A stretch of DNA of 64,000 nucleotides. It comes from Heteronotia binoei (lineage: Eukaryota). Every line of letters begins with the position of its first letter. The stretch's first letter is position 1. Shown one piece after another: positions 33,547 through 46,700 of the stretch. Position numbers and translations under genes: made by a program. The stretch spans positions 496,001 to 560,000 of the forward strand of contig NC_083237.1 in assembly GCF_032191835.1 (NCBI RefSeq), read 5' to 3'. The notes below the pieces were generated by a model. That model was not told where the DNA came from and did not search any database. It worked only from the letters and a program-made list of their open reading frames with translations.

Positions 33547-35100
33547 TCAGCGGACCATGTACTCCTTCCGCTTGTTGAGCCGCACTTGGCAGAATGAGAA
33601 GCCCCCCAGGAGGACGTAGAGACCAGCCGCGATGAAGCAGTTGTAACTGACTTGGTTGTAGAGCTGGTAGATCTTCTCCGGCCCTTTGCTGTTGCAGAAC
33701 GGAGACAGAAGAGGGATCAGACATCCCACTCCCAATAACACACACACACATTCGTGCTCATCATTCCTCCCCAGGCCGGGGGGGGGGGGGGGGCCGCTTC
33801 TGCCTTGCAGTGTGCCCGACTCCAAGGCATTTCCTCTCAGCTTTCTCCAGGGAAGGCACCTCCCTGAGACCCAGTTTGGGGTAGTGGACTCTTATGTGGG
33901 AGAACCCGGTTTGATTCCCCACTCCTCCACTTGCAGCTGCTGGAATGGCCTGGGGTCAGCCATAGCTATTGCAGAGTTGTCCTTGAAAGGGCAGCTTCTG
34001 GGAGAGCCTCTCAGCCCCACCCACCTTACAGGATGCCTGTTGTGGGGGAGGAAGGGAAAGGAGATTGTAGGCTGCTCTGAGCCTCTGTCCTTGAAAGGGC
34101 AGCTTCTGGGAGAGCTCTCTCAGCCCCACCCACCTCACAGGGTGTCTGCTGTGGGGGAGGAACGGAAAGGAGATTGTAGGCTGCTCTGAGACTCTGTCCT
34201 TGAAAGCGCAGCTTTTGGGAGAGCCTCTCAGCCCCCACCCCCATCTCACAGGGTGTCTGTTGTGGGGGAGGAAGGGAAAGGAGATTGTAGGCTGCTCTGA
34301 GACTCTGTCCTTGAAAGGGCAGCTTCTGGGAGAGCCTCTCAGCCCCACCCACCTCACAGGGTGTCTGTTGTGGGGGAGGAAGGGAAAGGAGATTGTAGGC
34401 TGCTCTGAGCCTCTGTCCTTGAAAGGGCAACTTCTGGGAGAGCCCTCTCAGCTCTACCCCCCTCACAGGGTGTCTGTTGTGGGGGAGGAAGGGAAAGGAG
34501 ATTGTAGGCTGCTCTGAGACTCTGTCCTTGAAAGGGCAGTTGCTGTGAGAGCCCTCTCAGCCCCACCCACCTCACAGGGTGTCTGTTGTGGAGGAAAAAA
34601 ATAAAGGAAATTGTAAGCCGTTCTGAGCCTCTGATTGAGAGTGGGGGGCGGAATATGCATCCAATGTCGTGGTCGTCTTCTTCTCCTGAGGCAGGAGGGA
34701 CCTGCAGGATGCAGCCAAGGGGGGAGGCAGACAGGCCAGCCCCACCCCAGTTGTGTGCAGCAAAGAGAAAGGCCAGGAGGAACGCCTCCCCCCCCCCCCG
34801 TCAACGCACCCTTTGAAGTCCTCCTCCGTGGCCGGGACGTCTTCGATGAGGACGGCGGAGTGGACGTTGAAGAAGATGCCCAGCAGAACCTGGAGGAGGA
34901 GGAGGGGGAGGTCCGGGCGAATGAGGACCGCCGGCTGGCTCGCCCACCCCGAGGGGAAGGAAGCTGGGCAGCTGCCTCTTGCCCCCCTCCCCGCCGAGGG
35001 CTCTCTCCCCGCCGCCACTTACCAGCATGATGACCCCCCAGGCGCTGAGCACAATCCCGCAGGCGGCCATCTTCGGCCCGCAGCACAGCAGCGACACCAT
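33547..35100 (-). CDS. RNASEK: Ribonuclease kappa (V-ATPase-associated), 99 aa
   Basis: Exons 35100-35023, 34889-34810 and 33688-33547. Protein [45 protein letters not shown]...[13 protein letters not shown]. Confidence 0.97.
33868..34665 (+). mobile_element. Sauria/Squam-type SINE with an internal 109-bp tandem expansion (6 units) in RNASEK intron 2
   Basis: A-box tggggtagtgg and B-box ggtttgattcccc at about 33875-33920. Unit ttgaaagggcagc recurs at 33983, 34091, 34200, 34311, 34419 and 34528. Confidence 0.88.
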
Positions 35101-36394
35101 GGCGGCGGCGGCCGCGACGACGCTCCCCCCGCTCCGAGCTGCTGCCTGGCCGAGCCGACGCAGCAGACTGAGCCCGCCCCAACGCAGCGCCCGGCAGGTC
35201 ACCTGACAGGGCGGAGCCAGAGAGCCCCGCCCCTCCTCGGGCGCAGCGCTCCGAACCCATTGGCGGGAGCAGGGCGCGCAAGCGCAGAGGGGCGCACCTG
35301 CCCCAGGAGGAGAGGGCGGGGCTCCCCGTCCAGGAGAGACCACTAACCGGGGGGGGGGGGGGCTGTGATGGGGCCTCTGGAATCGTGCGCCGGGAAGGGG
35401 GGGAGCGGGCGAAGGGACTTCTCCCCCCTGCACTGTTGGGCCTGGGGGTGGAAATGCCACTTTCAGGTGCTCAGGACGTGCCCAGACCAGAGGACGTGGT
35501 GATGGCCGCAGCTGTCGAAGGGGCTTGGAGGGAGGAGAGGTCGCTCCAGTGGCTGCTGTGCTGACACCTGCCTTGCGTGTGGCCCCCCAGAAGAACTGGC
35601 TGGCTGGCCACTGTGGGACGGGAGGCAGGAGGCTGGACCACGTGGACCCCTCCGCCCCGACCGCTCTTCCGATGTTCTCATCGTCCACCTTTCTTAACTG
35701 AGGCCATCGACTAAGCAACGTCACAGGACTAGGGTTACAGAAACCTGCAGCCAAGCCTTAAGTATTATTAGCCTGCATAGGCTCCCCAGTGCAGAAAATG
35801 GCAATACATAGAGCAAATAGAGCATACATCCCATGGCCACAGACCTTACTGTCCACAGCACTTTCCCCGATTAAAGCACCTTCCTGGATCATTCTGTTCC
35901 GGCCTCTGCTCCCCTTCTCTCTGCCAGCTCCCTGTTCACAGATGGGCTCCAAAGACAGGGCAGCCCCAACAGCTGAGGCATTGGGGTGAACTCTAGAGTG
36001 GAAGCCATTTCTCCAGCTGGTGTTCCCGCCATTAGGCCTCGCAGGGTAGAACACTGATCACGCGTTAGGACTGCATACAGATGCACCTTGGATTTCCACC
36101 TTTCGTGAAGAATGGACATGAGCGCATGGATTTTCAGGAGTTTTGTTTAAAATCAAGAAAATATTTATAAACCCTCCTAACATATTTATGATACCATATC
36201 ATCATGTGAAGATGCTGAATGGATTTTTACACTTACATCACTTACTAGGAATAAGGCTATTTGTAACAACAGAACAGGCTCTAGAAAGAGGCGTTGGGCG
36301 AGTGCCTTGACCCAGAGTTCTTGAGAGATTTGCAATGATCATGCAGATGCTGAAACTCAAGTTCTGTCAGAGCTCTCTCAGCCCCACCTACCTC

Positions 36395-36660
36395 GAGAGC
36401 CAGTTTGGTGTAGTGGTTAAGTGCTCGGACTCTTATCTGGGAGAACCGGGTTTGTTTCCCTACTCTTCCACTTACAGCTGCTGGAATGGTCTTGGGTCAG
36501 CCATAGCTCTCGCAAGAGTTGTCCTTGAAAGGGCAGCTGCTGTGGGAGCCCTCTCAGCCCCACACAGGGTGTCTGTTGTGGGAGGAGAAGATATGGAAGA
36601 TAGTGATCCACCCTGAGTCTGATTCAGAGAGAAGGGCGGGATATAAATCTGCAATCTTCT
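36395..36660 (+). mobile_element. Sauria/Squam-type SINE, near full length
   Basis: agccagtttggtgtagtggttaagtg...ccgggtttgtttccc head with the body and tail seen in the other copies. Confidence 0.8.
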
Positions 36661-36777
36661 TCTCACAGGGTCTGCGTTGTAGGGAGGGGAAGAAGGAGGC
36701 TGAAAGCTGTTCTGACTTTTTCGGATAGTGAAGGGCAGGGTAGAAGTCCAATCTCCACCTAGAAGGTGCTGCCAGGG

Positions 36778-37012
36778 CTAAGGTAGCCAACCTCCAGGTG
36801 GAGCGTGAAGATCTCCTGGGATCACAACTGAACCCCAGACAACAGATCTCTCACCCTGGAGGAAATAACTGCTTTGGAGGGTGGACTCTATGGCATTCTA
36901 TTCAGTTGAGGCCTCTCTCCTAATTCTGGCTCCCCGAATTCTGGCTTCCTCAGACTCCACCACAAAATCTCCAGAAATTTCCCACCAACCTGGAGCTGGC
37001 AATCCTAGTCAA
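36778..37012. mobile_element. Non-autonomous DNA transposon (MITE); related fragments at about 7370-7500, 9480-9620, 12540-12725 and 50310-50460
   Basis: Imperfect terminal inverted repeats aggtagccaacctccagg ... cctggagctggcaatcct. Confidence 0.55.
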
Positions 37013-37751
37013 CTGGCCCCAATGAGTTCTCCCTCAAAGGCCAAAGCAGGCCTGGAAAGGGCCTCCTCCCGCCATCTTTTACTGACAGAACCAAGCTTTG
37101 AATACTATGGTTGCCTAACAACAGCCACTGAGGAAATATGGAGGACCTGGCAAGACAGGCCAATAAGACATAAAGGCAACTTTCCCAGTGGCCCAATCCT
37201 CATCTGTCCTGAGGCTGGAGGGTGGGGTTACACTCCATGGAGACTGAGCCACACGCAGCTCAACCAATGGGAGGATAGGTGAGTCATCACCAAGGCAGCT
37301 TACTTTTTATATCGATATAGGATGATTTATAAAAGTGTGCATGAATACCTTGATCTTTAAGGCGCCATGGATTCAAACTTTGTTCTGTCACTCATGTTGC
37401 AATTCCAATTCCCTCGTTTCTTGTGGATCAGTCCAGTTATAAAGCATATCCCTGCCCCATGCAATGGGTATTGAGAAAGCACTGTAAATTGGGGACTAAT
37501 GCAAGGATATGGGATTGTCTTTGGGGCCCCTGCCCCACTTCCTCCTCTCCACCCATCTCACCGCAAGCAAGCTGCTGTGCCTCCTCCACACACAAACCCC
37601 CGGTAGCCTATCAGAGCAGCTTCTTCACACAAAACCTCATCCATGAACCAAGACATCAAACCCAGAAAGTTTATTGGACTTTTCCATTCATACAAAACAC
37701 ACGACCCAGCCCCTCCCCCCCCCCATGACGCCGCTCCTTCTCTCCTGGGGG

Positions 37752-40700
37752 TCAGGAGGTGGCCTCCTCCTCCGGCCCCTTCTCCTCATCCGGGGGGCAG
37801 TCCACGAAGTCTGCCAACATGGCTTCTGTCTCATCGGGTGGCGTTGCCTGGGCAGGAGAGGATGAGCAGAGAAATCAGGGGGCTGCATTCCCTGCGGGAC
37901 AAAAAGCCCCCAACATCCCGTTGCCAACCACGGGGAGGGGCCGCGACGGCCCAAGGGCACAGCATCTCCTGGGCATGGACAACAGCACAGGGTTAGCCCC
38001 AAGCAGCCCCTCCAGTTAAAAGGGTCAAGACATACGTGGTGTGGGGGCAGGGGGTAAGACCTCCACTTGAACCCTGGAGAGCCACTGCCAGGCTAAGTAG
38101 ACAGCACTGACCTTGGCAGAACAGGCATTCAATTCCGGATAAGGCAACCTCACAAGCAGGGCCTGAGGGAACAGCGCTGCCTGTAATTGCCACTTAACGG
38201 TGGTATACTACCTCTGAACATGGGGGTTCTGCTTAGCTCTCACATTCTCTCCTCTTCCTTGAGCACCAACGCTAAAGACAACACACCTTCCAGTGGCAAA
38301 AGCCACATTAACTGAAGGTTCTAGAAAATCCTCCTCCTTCCTCTGCTGCCCCTCCCCTTCACACTGGCTCCTTGGTGCAGAGGGAGGGGCTCTCTTTGCA
38401 CTTTCTCCCTCTCCTACTTTGAGGAGGTTGCCCTGGCCATGCCCGGATCCGCCAATCGCCCTCTGCAGTCTGGCAAGTGCTCCGTGTCCCCCTACCCACC
38501 ACCAGCACCAAGATCTGGGGCTTCTTTTCCCAAGAAATGGGGCTCCTTGCTTCACACTGTGCTGACTGCGGGGGAGGGGAGGGCTTCTTGTGCAGACGAA
38601 AAGCGTCTCAACCCAACTGCAAGTGGACTGGGCCCAGTGGCAGAGCCTCTGCTAGGAATAGAGAAGGTCCCTAGTTCGGTCCCAGGCATTTCCAGCGAGA
38701 AAAGGACAAGGCAGCAGGTTTCTGCACGCTTTCAGCTCTGACCTGCCTGCTGCTTCCCGACCTCCCCTCCCCTCCCTTCCCCCCACCTCACCTCCTCCTT
38801 CACCTCCACAACCTCCTCCTCCGGCGGTGGGGGGGGCTTCTCCGAGGATGGCTCCCCAACCTCTGCGAGGTGGCCTCCAGGGGGCACGGCCTTCTTCTCC
38901 TCTTCCTCCACTGGGGGGGCCCCAGGAGAAGCAGTTGCAGGGGCTGCCCCACCCGGAGGACCCTCCAGCTCCCCACGGGGCTTCTCCTCCTGGCCCTCAG
39001 GGGCAGCGTCCGGTCTGGAGGGCAGCGGAGGGGCCGAGGGGCCCGGAAGCAGGAGGGGTGGCCCTGGCAGGACTTTGGCAGGGGGCGAGGAGGCAGGCTC
39101 CTCTGCCTTCATCATCAGGAGGTCCTCCTCCTCCTCCGGGGGGTGGAAGGCCTCCTCCTCCTCCACCTCCATGAGAAGCCCCGCCCCTTCCTCTTCCTCC
39201 CCCACCAGCTTGGGGGGCGCCTCCTTCCCAGGCAGCAGCTCAGGAGGCTGCTCCTCACTCCGGGGGGGCAAGGGGGGTGGCAGCCCATCCTCTTCCTCTT
39301 CTGTCAGGCCTTCCTCCTCTTCCTCCTCCTCCTTTTCGTCTTCTGTCATCCCTTCCTCTTCCTCCTCATCGAACTCCTCCTCCTCCTCTTCGCCCAGCTC
39401 CTCCAGCTCTTCCTCATCCAGCTCTCCCTCCTCCTCCTCCTCATCCAGCTCCCCTTCAAACTCTTCCTCTTCCTCCTCCTCGTCAAATTCTTCTTCCTGG
39501 CAAGCCACCGAGAGGAAGAGGTGGTCATCCCCTGGGAAGGCTCTCCGGCTGCCAATCTGAGGGGCAGAAAGAGCACCCCCACCCCCCTCCCCAAAAGCTC
39601 AGACGGGACTTGCTGAAGGGAGAGGCTCCGTGCTCCTTGGACAGGCAACCAGGCTCCTGAAAGACCGGCACCGTTTTCGCCCTAGAAAAAGCCTCCGTGG
39701 ATGAGAGGCCGAATTCTGCAGGCACCAGTGAAGGCCGCATGAGCAGCCTCTGCAGGAAGAAAACTGCGCACACCTCTCAAGTTTTGGAGAGATCTCAGGG
39801 CAGGGCCCGCCTCCAAAGAGCGGCGTTGGGCCACCCCTGCACACTCACCTCTTCCTCCTCGTCAAAATACTCCTCGTCCTCGGGGAAATCTTCCTCGTCG
39901 TCTTCCTCCTCCTCGTCTTCCTCATCTTCCTCGCTGCTGTTGATGTTGATGACGGTGGGGGTGTCCTCCTCCTCCTCCACCAGGGCGGGCAGGGAGGCTT
40001 CGCTTGCCATGGGAGGGGCGGGGGAAGGGGGCAGCACCAGCGGAGCTGCCGAGGGAGGGAGCGGGGGGCCGAGGGGGAGGGGCTCCGCCAGGGCTTCCTC
40101 CTGGGCTGGCCCAGGGGGAGAAGAGGGGGGCACCGGCGGGGGAGGGGCTGCCGGAGGCAAGGGCAGGGGCACGGCTGGGGCGGGGGCTGGCACTGTCACC
40201 ACCGCCCCACTCATGTGATTGGCCGTCTTTCCCAGCAGCCCCTTGGGCACGATGACCACACTGTCATCGGAGTCGCTCTCCAGGGAGAGTTCCACGTCCT
40301 CCTCTTCCTCCTTGTCATAGTGGATGAAGATCGGGCGCCGCATCTTGGCTCCCGCCGCCAAGGCCGCCGCTTCTGCCGTGCCAGGAGATGCCGGGAGGGT
40401 GGGCTCCTCGGGGGTCAGGCGGGGGGGCAGCTGGCCCAAGCTCAGGTTGGGCAGAGGCAGCCCCAGGGAATTGGCCGGGGGGCCCACGGAGGGGGGCGCA
40501 GAAGGGGAGGCGGGCGGGGGGAGGCGGGCGGCAGGGAAGGGGAGAGGGGGGGTGGGGCGGAAGGGGGAGGCCATGGCGGGCGAGGAGATCTCGGAGGAGC
40601 CGGGGGGTGGGCCAGAAGGCCCCGCCAGCGGGAGCTGCAGAGACGGCACCCGCGGATGGAGCAGGGCGTTGCAGGTCACCAGAGCCTCCGCACAGAAAGA

Positions 40701-43700
40701 GGAGACCTGCGGAGAGAGGAGCGCAGCTCAGAAGGTGCAACTGGGCCAGCCACGGAGGCCTTGGTCCCTGGCCTGGGAAGGGGGACGTGGCCCTCACCTG
40801 GAGGCTGGCATCTGCACGGCCCTGCCGCAGGAGCCCGAGAGCGCAGTGCAGAGGTGGCGGGCAGGAGGGGGCCGGCGACAACACCAAGGCCAAGAGCAGG
40901 CGGTAGAGTTCCTGTCGGCAGCCGGCCCTGGAGTAGGGGGAGCCGGGGAGGGGGTCGGCCTGGCTCAGGCGAATCAGCAGGGGGATCACCAGCTCTTGCA
41001 GCCTCTGGCAGACAGACAGCGACAGGGCGGGAGGTCAAGAGGGTCAACACCCAGCCCCTTCACGGGGGGGGAGGAAGGAGGGGCTGCCTGCCCACCCCCC
41101 CTTGGGGCCTCTTTGCTCAGCCTCTGAGCACGTGCAGAGTTGCGTCTCGCCCAGTCAGCCAAGTCCCAAGAGTAGGCCTGAGACCACCACCCCCCCTTGG
41201 GCGGGCAGGCAGGCAGGCGGTTGCCCACCCTTCTCCCCTCCTCACCTTGTGGGCCTGCTCCTTCAGGAGACTCCCGCTGAGGAGAACGATGCGGCTCAGA
41301 CCTGGCAGAAGGGGGGGGGGATCTGTCAGTTTGACTCCCTGATCTTCTCCCCACCTCTGCTCAGGGCTCCCATTATGCTTCTTGGGGGGGGGGGCAGGCA
41401 CAAAGCTTTGAGGGAGGGGCCTAGCAGCAGGCCTTTCCTGGAACTGGAGGCGGCAGGGAACAGGCACCCTTCACAAGCCCCCCCTTTAGCCTGAGGGCAA
41501 GACAAGGCTCATGAGTGGGGAGGGACTTACTTCTCCCTCTCCCCCCCCCCCTGCCCAGACAGCCTGCTCTCCCCTGGGTGGGTGGGGGTTTGCTCTCATG
41601 GAGCAGCAGCCTCCTCCTCCCCCGGAAGACTTCCAAGGAGAATCGTGGCCCCCTGAAGCTTCCCTGGAGGCCAATGCAGAAGAAATGGGGAAGGCCCCCC
41701 ATGCCAGTTCTCAGGTGTGCCCACAGATGCCTGTGCCGGGGTCTCTCGAGGGCTACCTTGCAGGGCTGCCAGGCAGACGTCACTGTTTGCCCAGGGGTCG
41801 TGCTTGCGGTGGGCAGAGGGCCCCGGACTCCCCAGATCAGACAGCCGGGGTCTCTTGGGGGCGCTGGGCTTCCCATCAGAGCCGGAGCAGCCCTCTCGCA
41901 GCTGCGGAGGAGGAGAGAGACCGTGAGGCGACGGGCCCAGGCAGACGGGGCTCCCAAGGCCAGCAGGGGAGGGGAGGGGCGGGGAGGCTCACCTTGAGCG
42001 TCTCCGTCGGAGGACTGATGTCAGCAATCAAGTGGCCCAGAAGGGCCTCGCTGTGTGGCCGCTGCCCCTGCAGGACCCCAGACGCTGCTCCAGCCACCTG
42101 TACCCAGAGATCCAGCACCTGGTACAGGCGCGTCCGCACTGCGCTGAGGACCAAGGGACAGGGCAGGGTGACTTCCCCTCTGGCAAGCCAGCAGCACAAG
42201 CAGCCCACTTAACCCCCCCCCCCCCGCCAGCACCACAGCAGGTCTGCCAGCCTCTTTCCAGACTGCTTTTCTCCACTGCCAGCCTCTCCTACCTGTACGG
42301 GCGCTCCTGCCCAGGGAGAAGCAGGTCCTGTTGCCCAGCACTCCAAGTGGTCAGCACCTGCGGGAAGAGGCGGCAGAGGGCCCCCCCCAAGCGCACCAGC
42401 CGAGGGCCGCACCTGCGAGGGGAAAGAGGGAGGGGCCGGGTCAGGAGGAGGCAAACATCCAGACGGAGGGGGGGGGACCCGCTCTACCCACCCTCCCCCC
42501 AACTCACGCCAGGATGAGAGCAGAGAGCACGTCCAAGATCTCCAGGTGGATCGAAGGCAGAAACAACACCCGTAATGGACCATCGCCAAACCAACCCTAG
42601 AAAATGAAGGGGAAGGACGGTGGCTCAGTGGAAGAGCATCTGCTTGGCAAGCAGGAGGTCCCAGGTTCAATCCCCGGCATCTCCAACTAAAAAGGGTCCA
42701 GGCAAGGAGGCGTGAAAAACCTCAGCTTGAGACCCTGGAGAGCCGCTGCCAGTCTGAGTAGACAAGACTAACTTTGATGGACCCAGGGGGGTCTGATTCA
42801 GTAGAAGACAGTTTGTTCATATGTTCATAAGGAGGGGGGCTTTTAAAGGCTGAATCCTGCACCATCTTCTGCTCCAGCTGCGCTCTGAGCAACGGGAGCT
42901 GCACGCTGGTGACCCCCCCCGGCAACCCCCACCCGAAAGGGCTTTTGCACCAGCCGTGCTCCATGGTGGCCTCTGGCCACGGTGCAATGGAGACCCAGCC
43001 CTGGGGTCAGGGCAGGCTGGGAGCGAAGCAGGACTTTGTGACCCCCGCCCCAGTACCCCCTCCAGATTGCTGGTGGGCCTCCAATCAGCTCTGCAGGGGA
43101 TTCTGTCATGGGGAAAACCACTGCCCCCTTTCACCCCACCCTCAGGCCCCAGCAGAGCTGAAACCAGTGGCTGGTCCCCACATCCCCCCCATCACAGAAA
43201 GCAGCACCTGCGGCATGGGTGTGTGTGTGTGTGGCTGTGCTCATTTAGATCGCACCGGGAGGGGGTGGGGAATCCTGCCACGGCCTTTCCGTAACCACTC
43301 CACCTGCTCTGTGCATTGCCCCCACAGCCCCTGACTTTCCTTCCCCAGCATTCCTAGCACAAGCAGGGAGGGGAGGGACAGGCAGGCTGGCCAGCCACTC
43401 TCCCCACCCCCCATCTGTGCTGCCACTGGCTACCCTCCCCCCCCATGCCTCACGACTGGGATGGCTCTGCCTGAGACTCTGCCCCCCTGGACAGAGAGAG
43501 CTGGCAACCCCCCGCTCATCGCTTGGGTCCCTGATGCAGATCCACCCGTCGGTCTGATGGGCCCATTCTCCTCCTCCACCAGCACTGCCCTCTTCACGAG
43601 CCAGCCTGGCGCGCTGCTTCAGACTGCAGACTCCGGAGAACCAGGCTTCATTCGCCCTTCTCCAAGCCAGCTTGGTCTGAGGCCCTGGAGGGTTTTGTTG

Positions 43701-46700
43701 TTGCTGTTCTTTTGCCATCTTTGGGCTTGGCAATGCAAAAGAACAATGGCAGCACAATATATGGACTACAAAAATATTGTGCAAAACACACACTCTTGAG
43801 CAGTTTATACAAAATTAAGTATATTGTATTGTGTCATATAATGAACAGCCTACAAAAGTAGGCATACATTCATACAATCAGAAATTAAAGCCAAACAAGA
43901 GTCTCAAATACAGTATTTCAGGGAGGACCCCTCACAGTCTCTTGATTTTTCAAACAGAGTACTAAGACTCAATAATAAAGTTCCACAGGAGTCCCTCCAT
44001 TGCTTGTTGGCTTCTGAAGGAGAAATTCTTGCCTTCACACAAACTCCGGCTTTGATTGCGTTCCGCTGCTCCTGCAGCTTCCTCGTAAGCCAACTGAAAA
44101 TTCCAGCCAAGTTCTCTCTCAAACAACCATTTCAGTATCTTAATTAGCAGCTTAATTTTCCTTCAGAAGCCAACAAGCAACGGAGGGACTCCTGTGGAAC
44201 TTTATTATTGAGTCTTAGTACTCTATTTGGAAAATTAAGAGACTGTGAGGGGTCCTCCCTGAAATACTGTATTTGAGACTCTTGTTTGGCTTTAATTTCT
44301 GATTGTATGAATGTATGCCTACTTTTGTAGGCTGTTCATTATATGACACAATACAATTTACTTAATTTTGTATAAACTATTCAAGAGTGTGTGTCTTGCA
44401 CAATATTTTTGATATTTTTATACCTTTGGGCTTGGAGCAGAGACTGCTGGGAGGGTGTGTAGAGGGGGAGGGACTTGTGAATTTCCTGCACTGTGCAGAG
44501 GGTTGAGCTAGATGACCTTGGAGGTCCCTTCCAGCTCTATGACTCTATGCTGCCTGCAGGGCTCCTGTTCCCAGCCTCCTGGGAGGGGGACAGCTTTCGC
44601 AAGGACACTCCCTGACCTCTGCAAGATCCCCCCATTGGAGGTTAAGGCTCCAGCAACCGAGAAGCAGGACCCAGACAAGGCCAAGTGGCCCAGAAACCTC
44701 AGCCTGAGCACACGCTTATGGCCAAAGGGCACAGGAGAAACACCCTGCAGTCAGAAAAGGAGGCCAAGAGAGAGACCCTCCCCCCTCATGCACAGGACTC
44801 TTCTCTTCAGACCCTGATATCGGGGGGGAGGGGGGGAGGGGGGCTCGCTACTCACAATGTTTTTGGTGGAGACACTGAGAGCGCGACAGACAAGGTCCAG
44901 GATGTCCTGCACGGGGACTGTTACAGGCGCTGGAAAGTCATTCCTAGAACAAAAAACAAAAGCATAAGGGGAGGGAAGGGAAGGGGGCACCAAGCACAGG
45001 CCACGAAGGACTCAGTGGGAGGGGGGGGTCTCTCTACCTCAGCATCCTGCAGAGGCACCTGGCCAAGCCTGCAAACCGGAGGTTCAGGTGGAGAAGGAAG
45101 TCTGTCTGCCCCTCTTCTGGCGCCGGCAAAGGGATCTCCACCCCAGGCCCTTCGTAATGCAGAGGCTCTGGAACAAGTGGGGGGGGGGGGGGATGAGCGC
45201 AGCACTGCTTCCAGAAACCCTCCTTCCCCCCGCCCCGAACGCAGATTGGCCTCGCCTGGGGCTCTGCAAGGGGAGGGGGGCTTTATCCGAGGCGTCTCTT
45301 ATTCCGCCCGCGCTTTGGGAGACAAAACAGACCTGGAGACTGAAGTCACCAGCTGAATCAGAAACTTTGTCATTATTACTATCACTATTATTTCTTGATT
45401 TGTTTTGCTTCATCGCCCCCTCCCTGCCTCAGGCCAGGCTCTGGGAAATGTAAAATACAACCACCACCACAAAAAGTACACAAAACAATATACCAACACA
45501 AGTTGACCATAACACTGCCCTGATGGTGTCTAGCCGGTGGCTGACTGTTACCAGGGAGTCCACACTCTCTTTTCGTAAATCAACTTCCCAAGGTGCCCCC
45601 TCCCTCTGCTCCAAGGGTTCAAATCCATCCCCTCCCTGGGCAAAAACAAGAGCCAGCCCACTACAGAACGCCACCCCCCCTTGGCTCTCCAGGGGTTTCC
45701 TCTTCACTGGCCAACCTGGCAGTAGGGAGCTGGGGGGAACGATGCCACGCCATGCCACCCAGGTATTGTGGCAGAGCACCCTAAAAACACCAGAGCAGCC
45801 CTGCTGGAACTGACCAGAAAGGCCCATCTCACCCGCCATCCTGTTTCCTTGCACAGAGGTGCCCCCCACTTCCTCCTGGGCAGTACGCACCTGTCTCTGC
45901 GCCCTCACAGAGAGTTCCCAGCAGGCCGTGCAGCGTGGCCAAGAGGCAGTGGAGTTGCTGCTGCCAGCATTCCGTGTACTTGAGTCCTTGTGCAAAGCCG
46001 GCCCCCAGGGAGGGCAGGAGGGCATAGCAGTCGCAGGCCAGCTGGGAGAGCAGGAAGGCATGATGAGGACACAGACCTGGCCCCCCGCCCTTGGCCCAGA
46101 ATGCCCTCCTGCTCCCGCGCGTGAAAACTGTGGACAGTGAAGACGTTTACCTGCTGCAGGTGAGGCATTTCTGAATCCACACAGGCCAAGAAGAAGGCTG
46201 CCAGCTTCCCCTGACGGAGGAGGACCGGAAAGAAGTGGGTCAGTAGCTCCCTCATCTCATCTCATCCCCCTGCCCCACCCCACCCCACCCCCTGGTGAGG
46301 TGCCTGACACTTACTCGCAAGGAGCCACAAGCACGTGGATAGAACTTCATGCAAGCCTTGCTTCCTTCCAGGGCAGAGATCTGGCACTGGAGGAGAGAGA
46401 AGGGGAGGCGAGGCTGAGGAGGCCTGGGGGGAAGGGGGGGGGCGCTAAATGCGGCCATGGGGGGGGGCATCGCCTACCTCGGGCTTGAGGGCCAGCAGGG
46501 AGGTGAGGAGTCCCGGGATGTGGTTGGTGCCGATGTCCCTTGCCAGGTCGGGCAGCTGGCAGGAGTACTCGAGCAGGTCTCGCAGGACCAGGACGGCCAG
46601 CTCCATGGTGGGGGGAGGGTCCGGGGACTGCGGGCACAAGAAGCGCGGCCTGAGCAGGGAAGGGGGCCGAGCAGGCCCGCCCGCCCCGTCCAGCCCCCCA

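Noticed and set aside
39075-41342. Plus-strand poly-Ser and Gly-rich ORFs
   Set aside because: Antisense shadows of the PELP1 Glu- and Pro-rich exons.
42615-42690. tRNA-like A/B boxes (also at 33875 and 36400)
   Set aside because: They continue into SINE bodies and lack a complete cloverleaf, so they are SINE heads rather than tRNA genes.
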